Source: Candidatus Sulfomarinibacteraceae bacterium (GTDB lineage: Bacteria; Acidobacteriota; Thermoanaerobaculia; Thermoanaerobaculales; Sulfomarinibacteraceae). From it: a stretch of 64,000 bases of DNA. This document shows, piece after piece, positions 21,600 to 30,537 of this stretch. Within the stretch, counting starts at the first letter, position 1; the number at the start of each line of letters is the position of its first letter. Location: positions 224,001-288,000 of the forward strand of contig CAWCLO010000010.1 of the NCBI GenBank assembly GCA_963796455.1. Reading direction: 5' to 3'. Under the pieces are notes generated by a model. It saw nothing but the letters and a program-made list of their open reading frames with translations, had not been told where the DNA came from and made no database searches. Both the position numbers and the translations under genes were made by a program.

Positions 21600-21628
21600 A
21601 GAATGAGTAAACGAGCGACAGAATGCAA
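21600..21628 (-). promoter_or_regulatory. Possible sigma70 promoter for cassette 2 (TTGCAT-N17-CATTCT)
   Basis: 17-nt spacing in the AT-richer gap upstream of pilW2. Confidence 0.35.
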
Positions 21629-21783
21629 GGGCTCTCAGCCAACGTTGAAAGTTCTTTAACAGTCGTGTCACCTGATGATTAGCACCCATTTCCGTCAACC
21701 TGGCCGATCCGAAGACTCACGGTGGGCTCTCCGCTTGGATGAGGGAGAGTCGTCGAATCCCGGAGAATCCCACTGTTCACGTC

Positions 21784-24204
21784 CTATTCAGGTGATGGAG
21801 AGGCGGCGTCTGCGATCGCGGTGGCGTCGCCAAAGGCCCACACCCTTGATTCCAGATCGGCAACGAAGAGCTCCTTGCCGTCGTCGGTCAGCCCGGTCGG
21901 TACGATTCCGGCTTCTGCCAGATCGATCTTCGTCACCTCGCCCGATTCAACGAGCCAGATCGATTGCGACGGGACATCGGTCACCAACCAGCGGCCCCGG
22001 CGGTCGATCGCGAGCTGAGGCCGCGAATAAAAATCGCTCCACGCCCCGGGGAGATCAACAATCTCGAGGGCGCGACCCTGGCGATCGAGAACCTGGAGTC
22101 TTCGATTGCCGGTGTCCGCCACCAAGAGTCTCCGGTTGTCGATCCATGCCAAACCGACCGGTTCGACGAATTCCCCGGGACCGGAACCCTCGCGGCCGAT
22201 GGTCACGACACGGGGGGTCCCGCCGACCACGGTCATCATGACGATCCTTTTGTGACCGGTGTCGGTGACCGCCACCGAACCGTCCGCGGCGACCGCGACC
22301 CCGCGCGGACCAAACCATCCGTCGACGGGCAAGGGCATGGGACGGACGGCGCCGGTGGCAGGATTGAAGATCAGGACCCGATGGTTCCAGGTGTCGGCGA
22401 TCACCAGCAGACCGTCGGGGGTCCATGCCACCGACTCCGGCTGATTGAGAGAGTCCGGAACCCGAATCTCGGCCAGGATCCCATCGGGGTTGAAGAAAAG
22501 AACATCGTTGGCAGCGCTGTCGGCCACTGCCAACAGACCATCCTCATTGACCGATATGCCCCTGGGCTCCACCAGCCATCCTTCTCCGATGACTCGTGAT
22601 GAATCCCCACCGAGCGTCCCGGCAATCGAACCCGGGGTCTCGACCGTTCTGGCTCCCTCATCGACCTCACCCGTGTAGCGAAGAACGACGGTGTCGGTGG
22701 ATCCGATGATGCCCCAGGGCCTGCGGGTGAAGAGGTATCGGATGAGCTCGGCGACCGTCGGACGTTGATCCGCCATCACCCACCAACCACGCAAGGGAAT
22801 TCGTTCCGAACTGTAGCCGGGACCCAGACGGCGCCGCACCTCGGGCTCTTGCGAGGGATCGCAGAAAACCAGGGGCTGGCGTTGGCCTGGGTTCGGATCC
22901 GCCCACCAAACCGGAGTGGTTCGCCAATACCAGGTGGCCGGCCATGCCACTTCGCCGCCGGCGGCGGCGGCGGGGTCGTGGCCTTCGGCGGCCAACACCA
23001 CCCCTTCTGCCAATGGCTGCAACAGTTCCGGACAGGTCTGGACATAGACCAGAGCCTCGACCCGATCGAGGTTGGGACTGATTTCATCGAGCACGAAATT
23101 GGCCGTCACGGTGGTCACCAGGGTCGCAGCCAGGCCGATGCCTGCCAGAGTCCGGCTCCACCAGACACCGCGCGGCCCAAAGGTTCGCGCCATCTGCAGA
23201 CCGGCCAACGGGAGAAAGGCCCACACCTGGTGAACACCCAACCACGGAACTTTCTCCCCGAGGTAACTGTACATCGCGATCGAGGCGAGACCGAAGACGA
23301 GCAATGACCACTCGACGAGACGCATCCGACGCCCTCGTCTCACGGCCCACGACAATGCAGCCACTATCGGAAGAAACTCGTAAATAGCGAGACGCGGCAG
23401 GTGGTACCACGGAGGGCCGGCAACCCGTTCGATAGTGTGCTGCCCCCACCAGTAGGAGATGGCCTTGTAGGGGAAGAACCAATCCCGGAGATGGGTGAAT
23501 CCGACGGTGAACATGGGAACGGTGACAAGCACCGCTGCGGCAACCGAAGCGATCAAACCCCAACGATGACGGGAGATCCAATCGACGGTGTTTGGAACCA
23601 TCGAGCGGGGGCCCGCACGGATGAGGAGCACGAGGGCAACCACCCCGACCAGGGCCGAGGACACAAAGGCATTCTCTTTGGTGGCGAAGGCGAGTCCCAC
23701 CCAGACGCCGAACCACATCCATGCCTTCCAACTGCCGTTGACGGCGCGCCACGCCGCGACTGCCGCCGCGGACGCGACAAAGACCTCCAGGATGTCCATT
23801 CGAAGGAAGCGGCCGTAATACAGCCATATAGGTGAAATCGTCGCCAGCAGCCCGGTCCACCAGGCGGCGCGCGGACCCAGGGGCCGACGGGCGGCAAATG
23901 CCACTCCGATCAGCGCCACCCCGGCGAGGGCGATCGAAAGCCTGGCGGTGAAATCCGAATCGCCGAACACCGCCAGAAAAATAGCTGTGAGGTAGTAAAG
24001 CAAAGGCCCGTGGTAGGTCGGGTCGTAACGATATGTCCCTTCCTGCAACAGCACCCACGATGCGTGGGCATGGATCGACTCGTCGTGATGGTAGGACCTC
24101 TCTCCAAGACCCCACAGATGCAGCGTCAGCGAGAAGAGCACGAGCAGCAACCACGGCAGATACCGGCGAGCTGTCGATCTCCAGTTTTCGGCCAAAAATG
24201 CCAC
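21784..24204 (-). CDS. GT-C fold membrane glycosyltransferase (TIGR03663/PMT-like) fused to a C-terminal NHL-repeat propeller
   Basis: HHDESIHA..YRYDPTYHGPLLYY, ATKEN and EKVPWL with many TM segments; C-terminus has PRGI..VADS, ADTWNHRV, TDTGHKRI, ADTGNRRLQ repeats. Confidence 0.85.
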   Translation of the reverse strand: MAFLAENWRSTARRYLPWLLLVLFSLTLHLWGLGERSYHHDESIHAHASWVLLQEGTYRYDPTYHGPLLYYLTAIFLAVFGDSDFTARLSIALAGVALIGVAFAARRPLGPRAAWWTGLLATISPIWLYYGRFLRMDILEVFVASAAAVAAWRAVNGSWKAWMWFGVWVGLAFATKENAFVSSALVGVVALVLLIRAGPRSMVPNTVDWISRHRWGLIASVAAAVLVTVPMFTVGFTHLRDWFFPYKAISYWWGQHTIERVAGPPWYHLPRLAIYEFLPIVAALSWAVRRGRRMRLVEWSLLVFGLASIAMYSYLGEKVPWLGVHQVWAFLPLAGLQMARTFGPRGVWWSRTLAGIGLAATLVTTVTANFVLDEISPNLDRVEALVYVQTCPELLQPLAEGVVLAAEGHDPAAAAGGEVAWPATWYWRTTPVWWADPNPGQRQPLVFCDPSQEPEVRRRLGPGYSSERIPLRGWWVMADQRPTVAELIRYLFTRRPWGIIGSTDTVVLRYTGEVDEGARTVETPGSIAGTLGGDSSRVIGEGWLVEPRGISVNEDGLLAVADSAANDVLFFNPDGILAEIRVPDSLNQPESVAWTPDGLLVIADTWNHRVLIFNPATGAVRPMPLPVDGWFGPRGVAVAADGSVAVTDTGHKRIVMMTVVGGTPRVVTIGREGSGPGEFVEPVGLAWIDNRRLLVADTGNRRLQVLDRQGRALEIVDLPGAWSDFYSRPQLAIDRRGRWLVTDVPSQSIWLVESGEVTKIDLAEAGIVPTGLTDDGKELFVADLESRVWAFGDATAIADAASPSPE

Positions 24205-24221
24205 GATGGAAGCTTATCAGA

Positions 24222-24322
24222 GGCTGGGGGCTGGGGGCTTGGGGCTTGGGGCCTGAGGACAGGCGGAGGAGAAAGGGAGAAAGGGAGAAGGGGAGAGCGG
24301 GAGACGGGGAACGGGGAACGGC
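24222..24322 (+). repeat. G-rich 7-8-mer tandem tract (GGGGCTT/GGGGGCT, GGGAGAAA, GGGGAAC)
   Basis: Read directly; G5-CT-G5-CTT-G4-CTT-G4 at 24226-24251. Confidence 0.85.
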
Positions 24323-24324
24323 AG

Positions 24325-24612
24325 ACAGGATCGGCGTACAGAAGTCAGAGGCAGAGGCAGCGAACAGCACTCACTTCTTCGGGGCCCTGGCTTTTGTGGT
24401 GCGGCCGTATCGGCCGCACGGTGTGCAGGCGAGACGCCTGCACCACAACGGGCTGTTCCTTCTGTTGAACGACTCGGAGGCGGCCACGCCGTCGCTGCAT
24501 CTGATCGCTACCGCTGACCGCTGTGCCCTGTCGCCGTATCCGGTCCCTGCTCCCTGCCGCTGTAGCTGTCGCTGTCGCTGCCGCTGCAATTCGGGTACTG
24601 GGACGGAATCGA
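24325..24612 (-). mobile_element. ORF-less derivative (copy C) of the four-helix-bundle element, carrying a REP-doublet
   Basis: About 128-nt core with about 12 differences from 28165-28292. Shares GGCC(A/G)CCTCC..GTCGTTCAACAGAAGG, CAGCGGCAGCGACAG and AAG-stop-G.GCTGTTCGC with 51180-51830. Confidence 0.7.
24394..24448. repeat. REP-like inverted doublet (REPIN-like)
   Basis: TTGTGG-TGCGGCCG-tat-CGGCCGCA ... TGCAGGCG-aga-CGCCTGCA-CCACAA: two hairpins, each preceded by GTGG on its own strand. Confidence 0.7.
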
Positions 24613-24617
24613 AGACC

Positions 24618-26981
24618 TCAAGACGCCGCGATCACGCCCAGATTGCGGAGAGCCTCGAGAACTGCGGCGGGGCTCGACTCGCTCTGAATCCGTACGACGC
24701 CCGAGCCCCAGGAATCGGTGCCGGTGCTCTCACTCTCCGAGATCACCACCACCGGCACGTGGTAAGCGCGCAACCACGCAGCAAGGCCCTCTTCGGCCGG
24801 ATCTCCGGAAACGACAACGACGCTGGGCGCCCACCGGTCCAGGAGTTCACCTGCAACCGCGATGGTGGGAGCGTGACGCACCTCCAGCGATTCATCCGCC
24901 AGACCCTCGATGATGTGGGCGGCGGCTCGACCGTCGGGCTCGAACAAAAGCACCCCGGCCCTTGATTCCGAAGCGCCACGGCCCTCGAGGGTCTCGATCT
25001 TCGAAACATCTCCGAGGGGGAAGCGGACGATGAAACGGGCCCCATGGCCTGCCGTCGATCGCACATCCACCTCACCGTCGTGGGCCGTCACGATGCCGTA
25101 GACAACCGCCAAACCAAGTCCCGCGCCCCGACCTTGCCGCCGGAGCGTGAAAAAAGGCTCGAAGAGGTGCTGGCGAACCTCGGGCGGAATGCCGGGACCG
25201 TCGTCAGCAACCTCGAGCACCGCGCGTCCGGCGGTGTGTTCGACCCGGACAGTGATTGTTCCGCCACTCTCGGTGACTGCATCCCGAGCATTGAGCACCA
25301 GATTCAGAAGCAGACGGCGGAGACCGACCACGTCAGCGACCACCGGCACCGGTTCGTCGTCAAGCTCGAGGTGCAGCTCCGCCGCCTCGGCAACCACATG
25401 CTGGAGAACCCCCTCCTGCTGCTGCACCAGATCCACCAGATCGACGGTACTCGGCGGCGAACTTTCGCGGCGGGCGAAGAGCAGGAGTTCGCGCACGACT
25501 TCGGTTCCCTGCTCGGCGAGATCTCCAATGGCAGCTGCCGCATCCGCCATCGATTCCGGCTGTCGCTCGACCAATCGAATGTGCAGCAGGATGGCGGCCA
25601 GGAGATTGTTGAAATCATGTGCCACGCCGCTGGCCAGGGTGCCGACCGCCTGCATCTTTTCTGCGTTCCGAAGTCGCCCCTCGGCATCGACGGCTTCGGT
25701 CACGTCCCGGACCACCAGCACGGCGTGCTGCATGCCTTCGGGGCAATTCAGCGAACAATCGAGCAATCGACCCACGTTCTCGGCCCGCCAGGACAGGGGA
25801 GATTTGCCCTGGAGACGTTGCTCGAGATTCTCCGAGACCGCTTCCGCGTGGGCTTCGAGGGCCTGGTTGGCAAGCGCGATGCGGCCCTGCCGGTCAACCA
25901 ACGCCACTCCATCCACCATCGCATCAAAGGTCCGGCGCCACCGTTCACCCATCCTCCGGACACGATCGGTCACATCGTGGATCGCCAGCAGATATCCCTT
26001 GGTCTCGTCCTCACCGGCCGCCACCAGGCGCAGCTCGACCTCGGCAAGCTCATCCTCGCCGATCCGCCAATCGGCCTCCAGCACAACCTCGGGATCAGAG
26101 TCGGTCGACCGCAGAGCGGTCAACACCTCGGCGAGCGTCGGCCTCGCGAGGAAACCGGCAAGAGACGAACCGACGGATCTCGAGGCGTCACCGCCAAGGT
26201 ACGGCTCGGCTGCCGGGTTTGCGCCACGGAGACAGAGATCCTGATCGAGCCGCAACAGTGGTGATGGCGATGCGGTGAAGAGCTCCCTGAATCGTTGTTC
26301 AGAAGCTACCAGCGACCTTCGCTGTGCCGCCAGACGCTGCGCCATATCTTCAAACGCCACAGCGAGATCACCGACCTCGGCCGTCGTTCCACTGTCATCG
26401 GGAAGATCGATAGGTTGTTCGGGGTCGAAATTACGCACCCATGAGGCCAGATCCTGCAGTGGCCGGACCACTCGACCGATCAATGCGAGACCTGCCACCA
26501 GGGCGAGCGTGAGGGCGATTCCGAGCCCAGCCAGCAGACGCATCGCGGCCATCGCGAGATGAGACCGCATCCTGGCGCGCGAAACGATCAGCAGAACTTC
26601 AACCGAGTCGCCTTCGCCAAGCGGACCGGGACTCACCACCACCCGTTGCCGGACGCGGAGAAAACCGGTGTCCAGCGCTTCGATCTCAGCGGCAGAGGGC
26701 CCGAACTGCCACAGCAGTTGGCCGTTTTCCGAACGCACTTCTCCCGCACGCAAATCAGTCATCGAGATGATCGCGAGATATTCCGCGGATCCGCCGTCGG
26801 CAGCGGCAAAGGCGAGCATGTGGGCCAATAGATCGGCCCGGGCCCGAAGCTCGTCCTCGAGGATTTGTTCTTCGTGCCAGAGAACCAGGGCACTGACCAC
26901 CACCATGGTCACCACCAGCACCCCGAGCAGCCACAACAAGAAGGTGCGCCCGAGCGTCAGCCGGCGGGTCTCAACCCGCAT
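24618..26981 (-). CDS. Hybrid sensor histidine kinase (TM-HAMP-PAS-PAS-HisKA-HATPase-degenerate receiver)
   Basis: H-box GTLASGVAHDFNNLL; N-box NLVLNARDA; DDGPGI; FEPFFT; GAGLGL; receiver-like tail lacking the acidic pocket. Confidence 0.92.
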   Translation of the reverse strand: MRVETRRLTLGRTFLLWLLGVLVVTMVVVSALVLWHEEQILEDELRARADLLAHMLAFAAADGGSAEYLAIISMTDLRAGEVRSENGQLLWQFGPSAAEIEALDTGFLRVRQRVVVSPGPLGEGDSVEVLLIVSRARMRSHLAMAAMRLLAGLGIALTLALVAGLALIGRVVRPLQDLASWVRNFDPEQPIDLPDDSGTTAEVGDLAVAFEDMAQRLAAQRRSLVASEQRFRELFTASPSPLLRLDQDLCLRGANPAAEPYLGGDASRSVGSSLAGFLARPTLAEVLTALRSTDSDPEVVLEADWRIGEDELAEVELRLVAAGEDETKGYLLAIHDVTDRVRRMGERWRRTFDAMVDGVALVDRQGRIALANQALEAHAEAVSENLEQRLQGKSPLSWRAENVGRLLDCSLNCPEGMQHAVLVVRDVTEAVDAEGRLRNAEKMQAVGTLASGVAHDFNNLLAAILLHIRLVERQPESMADAAAAIGDLAEQGTEVVRELLLFARRESSPPSTVDLVDLVQQQEGVLQHVVAEAAELHLELDDEPVPVVADVVGLRRLLLNLVLNARDAVTESGGTITVRVEHTAGRAVLEVADDGPGIPPEVRQHLFEPFFTLRRQGRGAGLGLAVVYGIVTAHDGEVDVRSTAGHGARFIVRFPLGDVSKIETLEGRGASESRAGVLLFEPDGRAAAHIIEGLADESLEVRHAPTIAVAGELLDRWAPSVVVVSGDPAEEGLAAWLRAYHVPVVVISESESTGTDSWGSGVVRIQSESSPAAVLEALRNLGVIAAS

Positions 26982-27086
26982 ATCTCACCGTCCTTTGCAG
27001 AGGGCCAGAGATCGAGTGATTCCCGGTGCACGGTGTGGCTTCGAGGGGGGTGATTGTGTCACGACCCTTCAACCGAAAAGCAACGG

Positions 27087-27392
27087 TCAAAAATCGAAGA
27101 AATCACCCTCGAAGACGTCCGACAGCTGCCTCATGATCCCCGCCGAAAGACCAGCCGTGATCCCGGCCATGATCGATGCGCCCTTGGCGCGGCCAATCAA
27201 ATAACCGACCAGACCGACGCTGGCGACCGAACCAAAGGGATGACGTCTGACCGTGTCCCGCCAGTCGATCGAATGCGGGACCAGTGAGTCGAGAATCGTA
27301 TCGGCGTCCAGGCGCCGCGCAGAGTCCGCATCACCGGTCATATCGTCGAGGGGCGTATCTTCGACGTCGTCAACCATGGTGTCATCCATCAT
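27087..27392 (-). CDS. Small hypothetical membrane protein (DUF883-associated)
   Basis: SD GGAGG before ATG; VRRHPFGSVASVGLVGYLIGR resembles the DUF883 C-terminal anchor. Confidence 0.65.
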   Translation of the reverse strand: MMDDTMVDDVEDTPLDDMTGDADSARRLDADTILDSLVPHSIDWRDTVRRHPFGSVASVGLVGYLIGRAKGASIMAGITAGLSAGIMRQLSDVFEGDFFDF

Positions 27393-27405
27393 AGCCTCCG
27401 AGCGG

Positions 27406-27894
27406 TCAGTCACGAGGCCGTGTTGCGTAGCCGACGACAAAACCGACCGCCAACGCGATCAGAACAGCCTTGCCGGGGTTCTCGCGCACATATTCGACAA
27501 CCTCGTCACCCTTTTGTTTGAAATCGACCTCAGCCACCCGGGTCCGCGCCTTGGCGTAGAAGTCTTTCGTTTTTTCCGAAAGCCCTTCGTACTGTTCCTT
27601 AGCGTTGGCGTAGAGGACCTCAGCCTGATCACGACTCTTGGTCGCCAGTGAACCCATCTTTTCGCGCGCTTCGGCGAGGTATTTCTTGGCGTCGTCGAGA
27701 TAGACCTTTGCATGATCCGCACCGACGGAGGCCTTGTCCCTGGCCTTGCCGTAGGCATCCTGCATCGCGCTCTTTGCGCTTTCCATCGACTGCTGGGCTT
27801 TGGCCAGCGAGTCTTTGACGCCGCTCAATCCACCCGATGCGTCGGCCGCCACTTCTTCAATGGCTTCGTCGACACTTTTCTTCTTTTCTGCCAT
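27406..27894 (-). CDS. DUF883/ElaB-YqjD-like tail-anchored protein
   Basis: Helical Ala/Lys/Glu-rich body ending EYVRENPGKAVLIALAVGFVVGYATR. Confidence 0.82.
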   Translation of the reverse strand: MAEKKKSVDEAIEEVAADASGGLSGVKDSLAKAQQSMESAKSAMQDAYGKARDKASVGADHAKVYLDDAKKYLAEAREKMGSLATKSRDQAEVLYANAKEQYEGLSEKTKDFYAKARTRVAEVDFKQKGDEVVEYVRENPGKAVLIALAVGFVVGYATRPRD

Positions 27895-27921
27895 CTTCGA
27901 CCTCCTGTAAAGAACGCGACC

Positions 27922-27950
27922 ATTCTACGGGGAAGCTCTGCAGACGTCTA
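27922..27950 (-). promoter_or_regulatory. Possible sigma70 promoter (TAGACG-N17-TAGAAT) for the DUF883-like gene
   Basis: Consensus-like hexamers with a 17-nt spacer, about 30 nt upstream of the ATG. Confidence 0.4.
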
Positions 27951-27997
27951 CCCATTATTGTTAGGTGTGTGTTTTCAGTGAAAAGGCGCCCGCCAGC

Positions 27998-28425
27998 TCG
28001 ATACTCGATGCACGATGCACGATGCACGATGCTGGATGCCGGATCACTCTTGTCCAAGACAGAGTCTCAGACAGCGACCGAGGACAGCCTCAGTGACCAG
28101 GAGTCGGCGGCAGCGACAGCGGACAGGGTCAGCTAACAGTCGACAGCGAACAGCGGCCGGGACAGCGAACAGCACTCACTTCTTCGGGGCTCCGGCCTTT
28201 GTGGTGCGGCCGTCTCGGCCGCACGGTGTGCAGGCGAGACGCCAACACCACCACTGCTGTTCCTTCTGTTGAACGACCTGGAGGTGGCCACTTCGTCGCC
28301 TGTACTCCTGACCGCTGCTGCCGAACACTGATCGCTGTTCACTGTCGCTGCTCCCTGTTCGCTGTTGGCTGACGCTGGACACTGTCGCTGCCGCTGCAAT
28401 TCGGGATCGGGATCGGGATCGAAAA
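27998..28425 (-). mobile_element. ORF-less derivative (copy B) of the four-helix-bundle element, with REP-doublet and CGATGCA / GGGATC tandem ends
   Basis: Reverse complement shares GAGACTCTGTCTTGGACA and GGCATCCAGCATC with 51944-51990, and TCAGGAGT.CAG..G.CGAA.TGGCCACCTCC.GGTCGTTCAACAGAAGG with 51307-51356. Confidence 0.75.
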
Positions 28426-28458
28426 AACGGATGCGCTACGATCGCCCGCGGAGGTTCA

Positions 28459-29847
28459 ATGAAGATCACAGTGCTCGGCGCGGGTCGTTGCGTCACCGGC
28501 TCGAAGTACCTGATGTCGTGGAAAAACTTCAATGCGCTGCTCGATTGTGGACTTTTCCAGGGGCCCGCGGAGAAACGCCGCCTCAACTGGGAGCCTCTCC
28601 CGCACCCGGCACACGACATCGGCGCCGTGGTTCTGACCCACGCTCACATCGATCACTCGGGGTTCCTGCCGCGCCTCAGTCGTCAGGGCTTCACCGGCAA
28701 GATCTACTGCACCCCTCCCACCAAGGCGCTGCTCGGCGTCTTGCTCCCCGACGCCGCCCACATCAACGAGGAGGAGGCACGCTACGCCAACAAACAGGGC
28801 TATTCAAAACACGAACCCGCGTTGCCCCTGTTCCGTCAAGCGGATGCCCGTGCGGCCCTCAAACTGATTGAAAAGGTACCCTTCGATCACTGGCAGGAGC
28901 TGCACCCGGGGGTGCGTTTTCGTTATCACCGCCAGGGCCACATCCTCGGCGCCGCTGCCGTCGAACTCGAGACAAAGGTGGCGGGCGGAAAACGCAAGAC
29001 GGTCTATTTCTCGGGCGACGTGGGGCGTTATGGAGTGCCCATCCTCCGTGAGCCGGTTTCTTATCCGGGTTCTGACGTGCTGTTTGTCGAGTCGACTTAC
29101 GGAGACCGGCTTCACCAAAATCTGAATCCTCGGGTTGCACTCGCTGACGAAGTTCGAGCCGGGATCGATCGCGGCGGCGTCATCATCATTCCGGCCTTCG
29201 CCATCGATCGCACGCAGGAACTGCTCTATATGTTGCACGAGTTGATGGTCGACGGCGATCTGCCGCCCATTCCGATTTATCTCGACTCGCCGATGGGCAT
29301 CGAGGCCACCGCCCTCTACACCCGCTTCATCAACGAGCACGACACGGAGATGCAACATTTCTTCGCCGATCAGGAAAACCCGATCTTTCCTCCCAACCTG
29401 CAGGTGACGAAGACTTCAAGGGAGTCTCGCAAAATCAACTCGATGGGCGGACCGATCATCATCATTTCGGCCTCCGGAATGGCCACCGGAGGACGAATCC
29501 TCCACCACCTCAAGCTCCGCCTGCCCGATGCAAAGAACAGCGTGATCTTTGTCGGATACCAGGCCCAGGGGACCAAGGGACGACGGCTGGTGGAGGGTGA
29601 AGAACAGATCAAGATCCACGGCGAGTGGATTCCCGTCAGAGCCCACATAGCATCGGTTTCGGGGCTCTCGGCCCACGCCGATGCCAGCGAGCTCATGGTC
29701 TGGCTCAGCCGCCGGGAGCGCGAACCCGAACAGGTCGTTCTGATTCACGGCGAGTACCCAGCTCAAGAGGCCCTCGCCGAGCGCTTGCGCGATGAGTTCG
29801 GATGGAAGAGTTCAATTCCTGAACTCGGAGAGGTCTTCACTGTCTGA
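28459..29847 (+). CDS. MBL-fold beta-CASP ribonuclease (YSH1/TTHA0252-like)
   Basis: VTGSKY, DCGLFQG, LTHAHIDHSG, GHILGAA, FSGD, ESTYGDR, SASGMATGGRILHHL, SAHAD, LIHGE. Confidence 0.93.
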   Translation: MKITVLGAGRCVTGSKYLMSWKNFNALLDCGLFQGPAEKRRLNWEPLPHPAHDIGAVVLTHAHIDHSGFLPRLSRQGFTGKIYCTPPTKALLGVLLPDAAHINEEEARYANKQGYSKHEPALPLFRQADARAALKLIEKVPFDHWQELHPGVRFRYHRQGHILGAAAVELETKVAGGKRKTVYFSGDVGRYGVPILREPVSYPGSDVLFVESTYGDRLHQNLNPRVALADEVRAGIDRGGVIIIPAFAIDRTQELLYMLHELMVDGDLPPIPIYLDSPMGIEATALYTRFINEHDTEMQHFFADQENPIFPPNLQVTKTSRESRKINSMGGPIIIISASGMATGGRILHHLKLRLPDAKNSVIFVGYQAQGTKGRRLVEGEEQIKIHGEWIPVRAHIASVSGLSAHADASELMVWLSRREREPEQVVLIHGEYPAQEALAERLRDEFGWKSSIPELGEVFTV

Positions 29848-29917
29848 TGCCATTGGGCCGATGCTTGAGCTCTTTCGCATACAATTGAGAGGTCCGTCCA
29901 CGATTGAGGAGGGTCCG

Positions 29918-30508
29918 GTGCAGAAGAAGAAACAAACTATTCTCCGTCTGATAATCGCTAGCTTTCTGTTCGTCGGGATCGGTTGTGGAAATCCGCCAAC
30001 GACGACTTCGGACGGGCAACGTGTCCCGCCACGTGATTCGCCGGTTCCAACGCCCACCCGAAGTATCGTGTCCGGTTCTTTGAGCGATGATGAGATGGCT
30101 GAAATGCTGCCCGACTACTCCTTGACCCGCGCCGGTGGGAACTGGATCCAGCTGCAACATCGCGTCAACCAAGAAATCACCATCGTGGTCGGGGTCGAAA
30201 TGGGTCTATCCGGAGCAGACCTCGATTCACAAATCGAAGACCACAGAGAATCGATTCACTACCCACCGCGAAATCAGCACCGCGGTTCCGGGCACACCGA
30301 ACTGCCATTTCTCGGCAACGCCACCTGGTCGTGGGGGAGCCTCGATATCGGCGAAGACCCGATCGACGAAATCGCCCTTTTCGCCTTTCATCCGGTTTTC
30401 GAAGCGCTGTTGATCGCACGCTACGAGGGCCCTTCAGAAAACGACGAAGTGCAACCAGAGCTCGACGAACTCCTGAGAGTCGCTGATATCGTCGCACAGG
30501 GTCTCTAG
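29918..30508 (+). CDS. Putative lipoprotein (paralog of 30538-31116)
   Basis: GAGGAGG then GTG; lipobox-like VGIGC; LGNATWS..DEIALFAFHP..RY motif. Confidence 0.65.
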   Translation: MQKKKQTILRLIIASFLFVGIGCGNPPTTTSDGQRVPPRDSPVPTPTRSIVSGSLSDDEMAEMLPDYSLTRAGGNWIQLQHRVNQEITIVVGVEMGLSGADLDSQIEDHRESIHYPPRNQHRGSGHTELPFLGNATWSWGSLDIGEDPIDEIALFAFHPVFEALLIARYEGPSENDEVQPELDELLRVADIVAQGL

Positions 30509-30537
30509 AAATCGGCTCGTCGGTATTGGAGGAGAAC

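Noticed and set aside
24371..24589. Small ORFs ending ...APKK in copies B and C as real genes
   Set aside because: No RBS and low-complexity translations; only the terminal codons look like a remnant of the four-helix ORF.
24325..28425. CRISPR array
   Set aside because: The repeats are 6-8-mers or two dispersed copies; there is no regular repeat-spacer periodicity and no cas gene.
28459..29847. beta-CASP nuclease as part of the repeat element system
   Set aside because: Adjacent to copy B only; a widespread housekeeping family with no other link.
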